A DNA stretch of 64,000 bases from Nocardioides sp. (lineage in GTDB: Bacteria; Actinomycetota; Actinomycetes; Propionibacteriales; Nocardioidaceae). The stretch lies in the NCBI RefSeq assembly GCF_964228225.1, contig NZ_CAXQZB010000043.1:11610-75609 (forward strand), in the 5' to 3' direction. Positions 19,632 through 30,409 of the stretch are shown piece by piece; the stretch's first letter is position 1; each line of letters begins with the position of its first letter. The position numbers and the translations under genes were made by a program. Below the pieces are notes generated by a model. It was not told where the DNA came from and made no database searches. It worked only from the letters and a program-made list of their open reading frames with translations.

Positions 19632-20947
19632 TGCTCCCCGTCCTCCCGCTCGCCGCGGACACCGAGCTGGCCGCCTTCGGCCAGGACACCTGGTGGATCC
19701 TGACCATCAAGGTTTTCGCGATCTTCCTCGTGCTCGTGCTGCTCACCCTGTTCAACATCTGGGCCGAGCGCCGCGTGGTGGCCCGCATGCAGCACCGCAT
19801 CGGCCCGAACGTGCACGGGCCCTTCGGCCTGCTGCAGTCGCTGGCCGACGGTGTGAAGCTGATGTTCAAGGAGGACATCCTCCCCAAGGCCGCCGACAAG
19901 GTGGTCTTCATCCTCGCCCCGATCATCGCGGCGGTGCCGGCGTTCGTGACCTTCGCGGTGATCCCCTTCGGTCCCGAGGTCACGATGTTCGGCGAGCGCA
20001 CCCCGCTGCAGCTCACCGACATGCCCGTGGCGGTGCTGTTCGTGATGGCGGTCGCCTCGATCGGCATCTACGGCATCGTGCTCGGCGGCTGGTCGAGCGG
20101 CTCCACCTACTCCCTGCTCGGCGGCCTGCGCTCGAGCGCCCAGATGATCTCCTACGAGGTCGCGATGGGCCTGGCGCTGGTGGCGGTGTTCCTCTACGCC
20201 GGCTCGATGTCGACCTCGGAGATCGTCGCGGCCCAGGAGGACCTCTGGTTCGGCCTGATCCTGATCCCGTCCTTCGTGATCTACGTGATCGCGATGGTGG
20301 GGGAGACCAACCGCGCCCCCTTCGACCTCCCCGAGGCCGAGGGCGAGCTGGTCGGCGGCTTCCACACCGAGTACTCCTCGATCAAGTTCGCGCTGTTCTT
20401 CCTCGCCGAGTACATCAACATGGCCACCGTCTCGGCGCTGGCCACGACGCTGTTCCTCGGCGGCTGGCGCGCGCCCTTCTGGATCGACAAGGTCTGGGCG
20501 GGCGCCAACGAGGGCTACGTGCCGGTGATCTGGTTCTTCGGCAAGGTGCTGTTCTTCATCTTCTTCTTCATCTGGCTGCGCGGCTCGCTGCCCCGACTGC
20601 GCTACGACCAGTTCATGGCCTTCGGCTGGAAGCGCCTCATCCCGATCGCGCTGGTGTGGATCGTCGCGGTCGCCACGCTGCGGGCCGCCAAGCTCGAGGG
20701 CTGGCTGGAGGGCGACTCCCTGCGCATCGTCATCGGGGTGCTCGCCGCGATCCTGCTGGTGCTCTTCTTCGTCGGCGGCACCGGTGGCGCCGCCGACACC
20801 GAGGACGCCGAGGTCGACCTCACCCCGCGCGAGGGCGGCTTCCCGACCCCGCCGATGCCGAGCACCGGTGCGGTGCGCGGCGCCGCCGCCCCGCTGGTGT
20901 TCGCCAGCCCGCCGACCCCCGCCCGCGTCGCAGGAGAGGACGCCTGA
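19631..20947 (+). CDS. nuoH: NADH-quinone oxidoreductase subunit H
   Basis: [20 protein letters not shown] and [20 protein letters not shown]. 438 aa, with an extra C-terminal TM segment and tail. Confidence 0.9.
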   Translation: MLPVLPLAADTELAAFGQDTWWILTIKVFAIFLVLVLLTLFNIWAERRVVARMQHRIGPNVHGPFGLLQSLADGVKLMFKEDILPKAADKVVFILAPIIAAVPAFVTFAVIPFGPEVTMFGERTPLQLTDMPVAVLFVMAVASIGIYGIVLGGWSSGSTYSLLGGLRSSAQMISYEVAMGLALVAVFLYAGSMSTSEIVAAQEDLWFGLILIPSFVIYVIAMVGETNRAPFDLPEAEGELVGGFHTEYSSIKFALFFLAEYINMATVSALATTLFLGGWRAPFWIDKVWAGANEGYVPVIWFFGKVLFFIFFFIWLRGSLPRLRYDQFMAFGWKRLIPIALVWIVAVATLRAAKLEGWLEGDSLRIVIGVLAAILLVLFFVGGTGGAADTEDAEVDLTPREGGFPTPPMPSTGAVRGAAAPLVFASPPTPARVAGEDA

Positions 20948-21531
20948 TGGCCGACCAGCCCGAGACCAAGACGCTCAAGGAGCAGCTCTGGGACCCGATC
21001 GCCGGCTTCGGCGTGACGTTCCGGACGATGTTCCGCAAGGTCGTCACCGAGCAGTACCCGTTCGAGAAGCTCCCCACCGCGCCGCGCTTCCACGGCCGCC
21101 ACCAGCTCAACCGCTGGCCCGACGGCCTGGAGAAGTGCGTGGGCTGCGAGCTGTGCGCCTGGGCCTGCCCGGCCGACGCGATCTACGTCGAGGGTGCCTC
21201 CAACGACGACGCCGCGGGCGAGCGGTACAGCCCCGGGGAGCGCTACGGCCGCGTCTACCAGATCAACTACCTGCGCTGCATCCTGTGCGGGCTGTGCATC
21301 GAGGCCTGCCCCACGCGCGCGCTGACGATGACCAACGAGTACGAGCTGGCCGACGACAACCGCACCGACCTCATCTACGAGAAGTCCGACCTGCTCGCCC
21401 CGCTGCTGCCGGGCATGGAGCAGCCGCCCCACCCCATGCTGCTGGGCGAGGACGAGTCGGCCTACTACCGCGGCGCCACGGGCGCCGCGCCGGCCACCCC
21501 GGCCGCCGGCGGAGCGGGGGAGGGCCGGTGA
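20947..21531 (+). CDS. nuoI: NADH-quinone oxidoreductase subunit I
   Basis: Two 4Fe-4S motifs: [12 protein letters not shown] and [12 protein letters not shown]. Confidence 0.95.
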   Translation: MADQPETKTLKEQLWDPIAGFGVTFRTMFRKVVTEQYPFEKLPTAPRFHGRHQLNRWPDGLEKCVGCELCAWACPADAIYVEGASNDDAAGERYSPGERYGRVYQINYLRCILCGLCIEACPTRALTMTNEYELADDNRTDLIYEKSDLLAPLLPGMEQPPHPMLLGEDESAYYRGATGAAPATPAAGGAGEGR

Positions 21532-22382
21532 CCGCCTTCTGGATCCTCAGCCCGCTCATGGTCGCGGCCGCGCTCGGCATCCTGTTCGTGCGCAAGGCCG
21601 TGCACGCGGCGCTCCTGCTGGCCGTGGTGATGATCAGCCTCGCGGTGCTCTACCTCAACCTGGAGGCGCCGTTCCTGTTCGCGGTGCAGATCATCGTCTA
21701 CACCGGCGCCATCCTGATGCTCTTCCTCTTCGTGCTGATGCTCGTCGGCGTCGACGCCGCCGACTCGGTGGTCGAGACGATCAAGGGCCAGCGCGTGCTG
21801 GCCGCCGTCACGGGCCTGCTGCTCGGCCTGCTGCTCGTGCTCAGCCTGGGCCAGCTGGTGCTCGGCGACCCGGTCGGCCTCGAGGAGGCCAACACCGGCG
21901 GCAACATCCAGGCGGTCGCGAACGTGCTGTTCTCCCGCTACATCCTGGCCTTCGAGGTCACCAGCGCGCTGCTGATCACCGCCGCCGTCGGGGCGATGGT
22001 GCTGGCCCACCGCGAGCGGCTCACCCCGCGTCGCACCCAGGCCGACCTCGCCGCCCAGCGGGTGCGCGACTTCACCGAGAAGGGCACGCCGCTCGTGCCG
22101 CTCCCGGCCCCCGGCGTCTACGCCCGCCACAACGCCGTCGACACCCCCGCGCTGCTGCCCGACGGCACCGCCGCGGAGTCCTCGGTGCCGCGCGTCCTCG
22201 CCGCCCGCGGCACGGTGCGCTCGGCGCCGGCGCTGGCCGACGACATCGACGAGCTGCGCCGTCAGCTCGGGCTGCGCGACGGCGGCCCGTCCCTCGCGCC
22301 CACCGCCGAGGACGGGGAGGCCCCGGCCGAGGCCCCCGGCGACACCCCCGGCGACACCCCCGGTCAGGAGGGCCGGTCCTGA
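21528..22382 (+). CDS. nuoJ: NADH-quinone oxidoreductase subunit J
   Basis: N-terminal 160 aa is a typical NuoJ TM core ([22 protein letters not shown]). GTGA overlap with nuoI. Long hydrophilic C-terminal tail. Confidence 0.85.
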   Translation: MTAFWILSPLMVAAALGILFVRKAVHAALLLAVVMISLAVLYLNLEAPFLFAVQIIVYTGAILMLFLFVLMLVGVDAADSVVETIKGQRVLAAVTGLLLGLLLVLSLGQLVLGDPVGLEEANTGGNIQAVANVLFSRYILAFEVTSALLITAAVGAMVLAHRERLTPRRTQADLAAQRVRDFTEKGTPLVPLPAPGVYARHNAVDTPALLPDGTAAESSVPRVLAARGTVRSAPALADDIDELRRQLGLRDGGPSLAPTAEDGEAPAEAPGDTPGDTPGQEGRS

Positions 22383-22684
22383 TGGACGACGTCACCCCCT
22401 ACATCGTGCTGTCCTCGATCCTGTTCACCATCGGGGCCGTGGGCGTGCTGGTGCGCCGCAACGCCATCGTGGTGTTCATGTGCGTGGAGCTGATGCTCAA
22501 CGCCTGCAACCTGGCGCTGGTGGCCTTCGCCAAGCAGCACGGCAACCTCGACGGTCAGATCGCCGCCTTCTTCGTGATGGTCGTGGCCGCCGCCGAGGTC
22601 GTGGTCGGACTCGCGATCATCATGACCATCTTCCGGACCCGTCGCTCGGCCTCGGTCGACGACGCGAGCCTGCTGAAGTTCTGA
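22382..22684 (+). CDS. nuoK: NADH-quinone oxidoreductase subunit K
   Basis: 100 aa, three TM segments, CVELMLNA and [11 protein letters not shown] motifs. Confidence 0.95.
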   Translation: MDDVTPYIVLSSILFTIGAVGVLVRRNAIVVFMCVELMLNACNLALVAFAKQHGNLDGQIAAFFVMVVAAAEVVVGLAIIMTIFRTRRSASVDDASLLKF

Positions 22685-22695
22685 AGGGCTAGAAC

Positions 22696-24627
22696 ATGTT
22701 GCTCACCGAAGCCGCGGAGCCGCTGGTGCCCGTGGTCGCCCCCCTCGAGGCCTCGGGCGTCTCCAGCCTGCTGTGGCTGGTCATCGCCCTCCCGCTCGCC
22801 GGTGCCGCGATCCTGCTGCTCGGCGGACGTCGCACCGACCGCTGGGGCCACCTGCTCGGCACCGCCACGACCCTGGGCTCCTTCGTGCTCGCGGTCGTGC
22901 TCTTCCTCGACCTGCAGGGTCGTGAGGAGTCGGAGCGCCAGATCGTCCAGCGCCTCTACGACTGGGTGCAGGTCGGCGGCCTCGACGTCGGCATGGACCT
23001 GCTGCTCGACCCGCTCTCGGTGCTCTTCCTGCTGCTCATCACCGGTGTCGGTTCGCTGATCCACATCTACTCCATCGGCTACATGGAGCACGACGACCGG
23101 CGCCGTCGGTTCTTCGCCTACCTCAACCTGTTCGTGGCGGCCATGCTGATGCTGGTCCTCTCGGAGAACTACCTCGGCCTGTTCCTGGGCTGGGAGGGCG
23201 TGGGTCTGGCCTCCTACCTGCTCATCGGGTTCTGGCAGCACAAGGACTCCGCCGCGGCGGCCGCCAAGAAGGCCTTCGTGGTCAACCGGGTCGGCGACAT
23301 GGGCATGGCGATGGCACTGTTCCTCGCCTTCACGACCTTCGGCTCCACCTCGTTCTCGGTGATCAGCGCCCACGCCGACCAGGCCTCGGAGACCACGCTG
23401 ACCTGGCTGGGGGTGCTGCTGCTCATCGGTGCCTGCGGCAAGTCCGCGCAGGTGCCGCTGCAGACCTGGCTGCTGGACGCCATGGAGGGCCCGACCCCGG
23501 TCTCGGCGCTCATCCACGCCGCCACGATGGTCACCGCGGGCGTCTACCTCGTGACCCGCTCCAACTTCGTGTTCGAGAACGCGCCGGCCGCCCAGACCGC
23601 CGTGGTCGTCGTCGCGGTGGTCAGCATCCTGTGGGGTGCGGCGATCGGATGCGCGAAGGACGACATCAAGAAGGCGCTGGCCGGCTCCACGATGAGCCAG
23701 ATCGGCTACATGATGCTCGCCGCCGGTCTCGGCGTCGCGGGCTACGCCTACGCGATCTTCCACCTCATCACCCACGGCTTCTTCAAGGCCAACATGTTCC
23801 TCGGCGCCGGCTCGGTGATGCACGGCATGGACGACGACGTCGACATGCGCCACTACGGCGCGCTGCGCAAGGCCATGCCGGTCACCTTCGCGACCTTCGC
23901 CCTGGGCTACCTCGCGATCATCGGGTTCCCCGGCTTCTCCGGGTTCTGGTCCAAGGACAAGATCATCGAGACCGCCCTGGCCGAGAACTGGGTCGTCGGC
24001 ATCGCGGCCCTGGTGGGCGCCGGCGTGACGGCGTTCTACATGACGCGCCTGATGATCATGACCTTCTTCTCCACCAAGCGCTGGCAGCCCGAGGTGCACC
24101 CGCACGAGTCGCCGAAGGTGATGACCTTCCCGCTGATCGTGCTCGCCGCGCTGTCGGTGCTCGGCGGCGTGCTGATCCTCGGCGACTGGATCAAGGACTG
24201 GCTGGCGCCGGTCGTCGGCAAGGAGGAGCACCACGAGCCGCCGATCCCGATCTGGGCGATCACCGGCATCACCGTGCTCGTCGTCGCCGCCGGTGTGGCG
24301 CTGGCCTTCCGCATCTTCCAGCAGGGCGAGGTGCCCGCCACCGCCCCCGAGGACGTCTCGCCGTTCACGCGGGCCGCGCGGCGCGAGCTGTACGGCAACG
24401 AGATCAACGAGGCGCTGGTGATCGGCCCCGGTCGCCGGCTCACCTCCACCCTGCTGGCGGTCGACGACGGCGGCGCCGACGGCGGCTTCCGCGGCCTCGC
24501 GCAGATCGTGCGCGGCGTGGGGCTCCAGGTCCGACGCCTGCAGAGCGGCTACGTGCGCTCCTATGCGCTCTCGCTGCTGATCGGCGTGGTCGTCCTCGTG
24601 GCCGCGATGCTGGCGGTGAACCTGTGA
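22696..24627 (+). CDS. nuoL: NADH-quinone oxidoreductase subunit L
   Basis: 643 aa antiporter-like subunit ([27 protein letters not shown]). Confidence 0.95.
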   Translation: MLLTEAAEPLVPVVAPLEASGVSSLLWLVIALPLAGAAILLLGGRRTDRWGHLLGTATTLGSFVLAVVLFLDLQGREESERQIVQRLYDWVQVGGLDVGMDLLLDPLSVLFLLLITGVGSLIHIYSIGYMEHDDRRRRFFAYLNLFVAAMLMLVLSENYLGLFLGWEGVGLASYLLIGFWQHKDSAAAAAKKAFVVNRVGDMGMAMALFLAFTTFGSTSFSVISAHADQASETTLTWLGVLLLIGACGKSAQVPLQTWLLDAMEGPTPVSALIHAATMVTAGVYLVTRSNFVFENAPAAQTAVVVVAVVSILWGAAIGCAKDDIKKALAGSTMSQIGYMMLAAGLGVAGYAYAIFHLITHGFFKANMFLGAGSVMHGMDDDVDMRHYGALRKAMPVTFATFALGYLAIIGFPGFSGFWSKDKIIETALAENWVVGIAALVGAGVTAFYMTRLMIMTFFSTKRWQPEVHPHESPKVMTFPLIVLAALSVLGGVLILGDWIKDWLAPVVGKEEHHEPPIPIWAITGITVLVVAAGVALAFRIFQQGEVPATAPEDVSPFTRAARRELYGNEINEALVIGPGRRLTSTLLAVDDGGADGGFRGLAQIVRGVGLQVRRLQSGYVRSYALSLLIGVVVLVAAMLAVNL

Positions 24628-24712
24628 GGATCCCGCACCCCCACGCCCTGTTCGTCCCGGCCGCACGGGCTCCGCGCCCGCTCGGCCACGCTCCCTCCGG
24701 GATGGTCCGCTG

Positions 24713-26215
24713 ATGCTCTCCGCACTCCTGCTCGTCCCGCTGCTCGGGGCGCTCGCCGTCGCGCTGCTCCCCGCGGCGCACTCCCGCTCGATCGCGATCG
24801 GCGCCTCGGCTGGCACCCTCGGCCTCGGCATCGCCGCCCTGACCCGGTACGACACCGGCGCCGGGGGCTACCAGCTCAGCGAGACCGTGAACTGGATCGA
24901 GCCGCTGGGCGTGCACTACGCCCTGGGCCTGGACGGCCTGGGCCTGCTCATGGTGCTGCTGACCGTCGTGCTCGTGCCCGTGGTGATCGTGGCCGGGTGG
25001 GCCGAGGGCGAGGCGAACCCGCGCAGCTACTACGCCTGGGTGCTGGCCCTGGAGGGGCTGAGCCTGGCGGTCTTCCTCGCCACCGACGTGTTCCTCTTCT
25101 ACGTCGTCTTCGAGGCCACCCTGATCCCGGCCTACTTCCTCATCGGCGGGTTCGGCGGCGCCAAGCGCGCCTCGGCCGCCCTGAAGTTCCTCATGTTCCA
25201 GCTGGGCGGCGGTCTGGTGCTGCTGGCCTCGGTGATCGGCCTCTACGTCGTCTCGGCCCAGCAGGGCGAGGCGTCCTACCTGCTCACCGACCTGCAGGGC
25301 CTGGACCTGGCCACCGACACCGGCCGGTGGCTGTTCGTCGGCTTCTTCATCGCCTTCGCGATCAAGGCGCCGCTGTTCCCGGTGCACACCTGGCTGGCCG
25401 ACACCACCGAGCAGGCGACGCCGGGCACCTCGGTGCTGCTGGTCTGCGTGCTCGACAAGATCGGCACCTTCGGCATGCTGCGCTTCTGCCTGGGCCTGTT
25501 CCCCGAGGCCTCGCAGTGGGCGACCCCGGTGGTCGTCACCCTCGCCGTCGTCTCGATCATCTACGGCGCCTTCGTGGCGATCGGCCAGGACGACCTGCTG
25601 CGGCTGATCGGTCTGACCTCGCTGAGCCACTTCGGCTTCATCACCCTGGGCATCTTCGTCTTCAGCAGCCAGGGCGGGTCGGGCGCGATCCTCTACATGG
25701 TCAACCACGGCCTCGGGACCGCACTGCTGTTCCTCGTCGCGGGCTACCTCATCCAGCGTCGGGGCACCGCCTCGATCCGCGAGATGGGCGGCCTGGAGAA
25801 GACCACTCCGGTGCTGGCCGGCCTGTTCCTCGTCGCCGGCCTGGCCACCCTCGGCCTGCCGGGCCTGAGCCCGTTCGTCTCGGAGTTTCTCGTGCTGCTC
25901 TCGGCCTTCGACTACCACTGGTGGGTGGGCGCGCTGGCGGTCACCGGCATCGTGCTCGCCGCGATCTACGTGCTCTGGGCCTACCAGCGCATCATGACCG
26001 GACCCCGCGACGACGCCGCCGGGACGCCCGACGCCACGACCCGCGAGTGGGTCGCGGTGGCGCCGCTCGTGGCCGCGCTCGTGTTCTTCGGCTTCTACCC
26101 CCAGCCGCTGCTGGACGCCAGCAACCCGTACGTGGACGACCTGATGCAGATCGTGGGTGTCACCGACGACCAACCGACCGTCCCCCTGGGCGGCGCCGGA
26201 GAGGCGGGCAACTGA
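24713..26215 (+). CDS. nuoM: NADH-quinone oxidoreductase subunit M
   Basis: 500 aa antiporter-like subunit (FEATLIPAYFLIGGFG, AFAIKAPLFPVHTWL). Confidence 0.95.
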   Translation: MLSALLLVPLLGALAVALLPAAHSRSIAIGASAGTLGLGIAALTRYDTGAGGYQLSETVNWIEPLGVHYALGLDGLGLLMVLLTVVLVPVVIVAGWAEGEANPRSYYAWVLALEGLSLAVFLATDVFLFYVVFEATLIPAYFLIGGFGGAKRASAALKFLMFQLGGGLVLLASVIGLYVVSAQQGEASYLLTDLQGLDLATDTGRWLFVGFFIAFAIKAPLFPVHTWLADTTEQATPGTSVLLVCVLDKIGTFGMLRFCLGLFPEASQWATPVVVTLAVVSIIYGAFVAIGQDDLLRLIGLTSLSHFGFITLGIFVFSSQGGSGAILYMVNHGLGTALLFLVAGYLIQRRGTASIREMGGLEKTTPVLAGLFLVAGLATLGLPGLSPFVSEFLVLLSAFDYHWWVGALAVTGIVLAAIYVLWAYQRIMTGPRDDAAGTPDATTREWVAVAPLVAALVFFGFYPQPLLDASNPYVDDLMQIVGVTDDQPTVPLGGAGEAGN

Positions 26216-26216
26216 C

Positions 26217-27806
26217 ATGGAGTTCGTGAAGCCGAGCATCGAGTACTTCGAGCTCTCGCCGCTGTTCGTGCTCTTCGGGGCGGCGTGCCTCGGCGTGATC
26301 GTGGAGGCCTTCGCGGCCCGCGAGCAGCGCCACCGCCTCCAGGTCACGCTGTCCACCGTCGCCGTCGGCGCCGCCCTCGTGCTCACGGTCCTGGTCGGGC
26401 TCGACCTCCCGGAGACGGCGAGCGCCCGCGGCATCCTCGCCGCCGAGGGCTCGGTCGCGGTCGACGGCCCGACGGTGTTCCTGTGGGGCACCGTGCTGGT
26501 CTTCGCCCTGGCCGGGATCGCCCTGTTCGCCGAGCGTCGGCTCGAGGCCGGCGTCCCGGCCTTCGCCGGTCAGGCGGCCGCCCTGCCGGGCTCCGAGGCC
26601 GAGCGCGAGGCGTCGACGAAGGGCCTCTCGCACACCGAGGTCTACCCGCTGCTGATGTTCGCGGTCACCGGCATGCTGCTCTTCCCCGCCTCCGGCGACC
26701 TGCTCACGATGTTCGTGGCCCTGGAGGTCCTGAGCCTGCCGCTGTACCTGCTGTGCGGTCTGGCGCGGCGGCGCCGCCTGCTCAGCCAGGAGGCCGCGCT
26801 GAAGTACTTCCTGCTCGGCGCCTTCTCCTCCGGGTTCTTCCTCTACGGCGTGGCGCTGGTCTACGGCTACGCCGGCACCATGGACCTGGGCGGCATCGCC
26901 ACCGCGGTGCAGAACAACACCCAGGACCGCGTGCTGCTCCTGCTCGGCATCGCGATGCTCTCGGTGGGCCTGCTGTTCAAGGTCGGCGCCGTGCCCTTCC
27001 AGGCATGGACCCCCGACGTCTACCAGGGCGCGCCCACCGCGGTCACCGCCTTCATGTCCGCGGCCACCACGGTGGCGGCGTTCGGCGCGATCGCGCGGGT
27101 CTACTACGTCGCCTTCGGTGCGGGCCGCTGGGACTGGCAGCCGCTGCTGTGGGTGGTGGCGATCCTGACCATGCTGGTCGGCTCGATCGTGGCCGCCGTG
27201 CAGACCGACGTGAAGCGCATGCTGGCCTACAGCGCCATCGCGCACACCGGCTTCCTGCTCGTCGGTGTGCTCGGGGTGCAGGCCGGTGCCGACCTCGGGC
27301 CGGACGAGATCACCTCCACGCAGGCCATCCTGTTCTACCTGGTCACCTACGGTGTCGCCTCGATCGGCACGTTCGCCCTGGTCACGATGGTGCGCGACGG
27401 CGGCGGCGAGATCACCGCGCTGGACCGCTGGGCGGGCCTGGGCCGCCGGGCCCCGTGGGTGGCCGGCACCTTCGTGCTCTTCCTGCTCTCGATGGCCGGC
27501 ATCCCGCTCACCGGCGGGTTCATCGGCAAGTGGTCGGTGTTCACCGTCGCGATGTCGTCCGGCGCCTGGCCGGTCGTGCTGGTCGCGATCGCCTCCAGCA
27601 TCATCGCGGTGTCCTTCTACGTCCGCCACGTGCGCACGATGTTCTTCACCGAGCCCGCCGAGGGGGTCGAGGGCGCCTCGGTCACCGCGGCCTCCCCGCT
27701 CACCACGGCGACGGTGGCGGTGTGCGCCGTGGCGACCGTCGTCCTGGGCGTCGTGCCCGGCCCCCTGCTCGACCTCGCCGGCCATGCGGGAGACTTCATC
27801 AGGTGA
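26217..27806 (+). CDS. nuoN: NADH-quinone oxidoreductase subunit N
   Basis: Antiporter-like subunit (FVALEVLSLPLYLL, KVGAVPFQAWTPDVYQGAPT). Last nuo gene. Confidence 0.9.
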   Translation: MEFVKPSIEYFELSPLFVLFGAACLGVIVEAFAAREQRHRLQVTLSTVAVGAALVLTVLVGLDLPETASARGILAAEGSVAVDGPTVFLWGTVLVFALAGIALFAERRLEAGVPAFAGQAAALPGSEAEREASTKGLSHTEVYPLLMFAVTGMLLFPASGDLLTMFVALEVLSLPLYLLCGLARRRRLLSQEAALKYFLLGAFSSGFFLYGVALVYGYAGTMDLGGIATAVQNNTQDRVLLLLGIAMLSVGLLFKVGAVPFQAWTPDVYQGAPTAVTAFMSAATTVAAFGAIARVYYVAFGAGRWDWQPLLWVVAILTMLVGSIVAAVQTDVKRMLAYSAIAHTGFLLVGVLGVQAGADLGPDEITSTQAILFYLVTYGVASIGTFALVTMVRDGGGEITALDRWAGLGRRAPWVAGTFVLFLLSMAGIPLTGGFIGKWSVFTVAMSSGAWPVVLVAIASSIIAVSFYVRHVRTMFFTEPAEGVEGASVTAASPLTTATVAVCAVATVVLGVVPGPLLDLAGHAGDFIR

Positions 27807-28804
27807 CCACCGCCTCCCCCGCCGAGCTCGCGCTCCCCATCGACGACGCGGCCCTCGCCACCCGCTTGCGTGAGCGGATGGCCGCCGTGGAGTCCGCGCT
27901 CTTCGAGCACGCCACCAGCCCCTCGCCCTACGTCACCGAGGCCGCCCGGCACCTGCTGTCGGCCGGGGGCAAGCGGTTCCGGCCGCTGCTGGTGCTGCTC
28001 GCGGCGGAGGCCGGCCCGCACGCCGACGCCTCGGAGGTCCTCACCGCGGCCTGCGTCGTGGAGATCACCCACGTCGGCTCGCTCTACCACGACGACGTCA
28101 TGGATGAGGCGGCGCTGCGCCGGGGGGCCGACTCCGCGAACTCGCGGTGGGACAACCACGTCGCGATCCTCACCGGCGACTGGCTGTTCGCGAAGTCCTC
28201 CGAGCTCACCGCCCAGCTCGGCCCCGACGCCGTGCGCATCCAGGCCGAGACCTTCACGCGGCTGGTGGAGGGCCAGATCCTCGAGGGCGTCGTGCCGGAG
28301 GGCGACCCGCTGCAGCACTACCTCGCGGTCGTGGCCGGCAAGACCGGCTCGCTGATCGCCACCTCGGCGCGCTACGGCGCCCGCTTCGGCGGCGCGAGCC
28401 GCGAGGTCGAGGGGGCGCTCACCGCCTACGGCGAGATCGTCGGGTCGGCCTTCCAGCTCTCCGACGACATCCTCGACATCGCCTCCGACTCCGAGGAGTC
28501 CGGCAAGACCCCCGGCACCGACCTGCGTGAGGGGGTGCCGACCCTGCCGGTGCTGATGGCCCAGGCCTCCACCGACCCCGCCGACGCCCGGCTGCTGGAG
28601 CTGCTGGCCGGCGACCTCACCGACGACGCCCGCCACGCCGAGGCGCTCGCGCTGCTGCGCGTGCACCCGGCGCTGGCCCAGGCCCGTGCCTACGTCGTCG
28701 ACCAGGCCCAGCGCGCCAAGGCGCTGCTGGAGGTGCTGCCCGCGGGGTCGGTGCGCCAGGCGCTGGAGGACTTCGCCGACGTCGTCGCGCTGCGCACCGC
28801 CTGA
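27803..28804 (+). CDS. Polyprenyl diphosphate synthase (long-chain, menaquinone side-chain type)
   Basis: GGKRFRP, first DDxxD block LYHDDVMDEA, second block FQLSDDILD, and KTPGTDLREG. GTG at 27803 overlaps the nuoN stop (GTGA). Confidence 0.85.
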   Translation: MTTASPAELALPIDDAALATRLRERMAAVESALFEHATSPSPYVTEAARHLLSAGGKRFRPLLVLLAAEAGPHADASEVLTAACVVEITHVGSLYHDDVMDEAALRRGADSANSRWDNHVAILTGDWLFAKSSELTAQLGPDAVRIQAETFTRLVEGQILEGVVPEGDPLQHYLAVVAGKTGSLIATSARYGARFGGASREVEGALTAYGEIVGSAFQLSDDILDIASDSEESGKTPGTDLREGVPTLPVLMAQASTDPADARLLELLAGDLTDDARHAEALALLRVHPALAQARAYVVDQAQRAKALLEVLPAGSVRQALEDFADVVALRTA

Positions 28805-28834
28805 GGCCGCCGGTGCCCGGGCCGGGCGCCGGCC

Positions 28835-29752
28835 TCACACCGCCAGGCTCGCCTCGGCGCTGACCTGCAGCGCCCGCCGGTGGTGCCGCAGCGCCTCGAG
28901 GGTGAAGATCACCAGCGCCGCCCACACCAGCGTGAACCCGATCCAGCGCCCGGTCGTCATCGTCTCGTCGAACACCGTCAGTCCCAGCAGGAACTGCAGG
29001 ACCGGGGCGAGGTACTGCAGCAGCCCGAGGTTGACCATCGAGACGCGTACGGCCGCCGCCCCGAACAGGATCAGGGGGATCGCGGTGACCAGCCCGGTGG
29101 TCGGCAGCAGCAGTGCGTGGTCGAGCCCGTGGTCGAAGGCCGTGCCGTCACCGCGCAGGGTGAGGGCCAGCAGGAACACCGCCGCGAACGGCGCGATGAG
29201 CAGGGTCTCGAACGTCAGCGACTCCACCGGCTCGACCCCGGCGGCCTTCTTGGCCAGCCCGTAGGTGCCGAAGGAGAACGCGAGGACCAGCGCGATCCAC
29301 GGGGGGCGGCCGTAGTCGACGGTCAGCACCACCACGGCCAGGCCGCCCACCCCCAGCGCCGCCCACTGTGCGGGCCGCAACCGCTCGCGCAGCACGACCA
29401 CCCCCATCAGCACGGTCACGAGCGGGTTGATGAAGTAGCCCAGCGAGGTCTCCACCACCCGGCCGCTGTTGACGCCGTAGATGTACATCGCCCAGTTCGA
29501 GGTGATCGTGAGGGCGGCCAGCGCCAGCAGACTCCGGGTGCGGCGGTCGGCGGCCAGCGCCCGCAGCTGGGCGGTGCGCCGCGTGAGCGCCACCAGCGCG
29601 AGCATCACCAGCACCGACCACAGCACGCGGTGCGCGAGGATCTCCACCGGCCCGGAGGGTTCCAGCAGCGGCCAGTACAGCGGGAACGCCCCCCAGATGA
29701 GGTAGGCGGCCACGCCGTAGGCCAGGCCGCCGCGCGCGGAACTCGAGGTCAC
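28835..29752 (-). CDS. rarD: EamA-family transporter, RarD-like
   Basis: GVAAYLIWGAFPLYWPLLEP and ILAHRVLWS are RarD hallmarks. About ten TM segments. Confidence 0.8.
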   Translation of the reverse strand: MTSSSARGGLAYGVAAYLIWGAFPLYWPLLEPSGPVEILAHRVLWSVLVMLALVALTRRTAQLRALAADRRTRSLLALAALTITSNWAMYIYGVNSGRVVETSLGYFINPLVTVLMGVVVLRERLRPAQWAALGVGGLAVVVLTVDYGRPPWIALVLAFSFGTYGLAKKAAGVEPVESLTFETLLIAPFAAVFLLALTLRGDGTAFDHGLDHALLLPTTGLVTAIPLILFGAAAVRVSMVNLGLLQYLAPVLQFLLGLTVFDETMTTGRWIGFTLVWAALVIFTLEALRHHRRALQVSAEASLAV

Positions 29753-29911
29753 CCGGTGAGCCTAGGGCGTGGCGGTCGCGGGTGCGCGCGGGTTCGGGAC
29801 GCGGCGGCCGGCGTCCACGCCCCGAGAGCCGTCAGAGCCTAGGGTTTGTCTGACAGTCGGGGTGGGCACCACCTTCCCGACCACCCCGAGAACCGACGAA
29901 AGTGAGACGAC

Positions 29912-30331
29912 ATGCGAGTCCTGCGCCCTGTGGCCCTCGCCCTGGTGCTGGCCCTGGTGGCCCTGCTCCCGTTCAGCGCCGGCGCCCAGGCCGTGTCCAC
30001 CTCGGACCGCCCCGCCGTCAGCGCCAAAGCCGTGAAGGTCGGCACCAAGATCATCAAGAAGAACGGCAAGCTGTTCATGGTCGGCCGCGTGACGCCGGCC
30101 AAGGGCCCGGTGACCATCCAGAAGGCCACCAAGTGCAACGCCGCGAAGGGCACCTGCAACTTCAAGTTCTTCGCCAAGACCAAGGTCAACAAGAAGGGCA
30201 ACTACCGGATCCGCGTCTACGCCCCGCAGCGCGGGTCGTGGGCCTGGCGCGCCAAGGTGGGCGCGTCGTCCAGCTCGATCTGGGTGACCTGCAAGCAGCG
30301 CAGCGGCACCTCGCAGTGCCCGACCCCCTGA
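29912..30331 (+). CDS. Small Lys-rich secreted protein (139 aa), unknown function
   Basis: Signal peptide MRVLRPVALALVLALVALLPFSAGAQA. Mature part is Lys-rich with 4 Cys. Beta-rich, Ig/prealbumin-like pattern (GNYRIRVYAP). Confidence 0.6.
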   Translation: MRVLRPVALALVLALVALLPFSAGAQAVSTSDRPAVSAKAVKVGTKIIKKNGKLFMVGRVTPAKGPVTIQKATKCNAAKGTCNFKFFAKTKVNKKGNYRIRVYAPQRGSWAWRAKVGASSSSIWVTCKQRSGTSQCPTP

Positions 30332-30353
30332 TCCCGGGTCCCTCCTGCTGATG

Positions 30354-30390
30354 CCGGGCCCCGGCGGACATCACGTCCGCCGGGGCCCGG
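30354..30390. terminator. Perfect 16-bp stem hairpin between convergent genes
   Basis: CCGGGCCCCGGCGGAC-ATCAC-GTCCGCCGGGGCCCGG. Lies 23 nt after the 29912-30331 stop and 20 nt before the MocR gene stop. Confidence 0.6.
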
Positions 30391-30409
30391 TGCCGTTCCG
30401 GGGGCCCGC

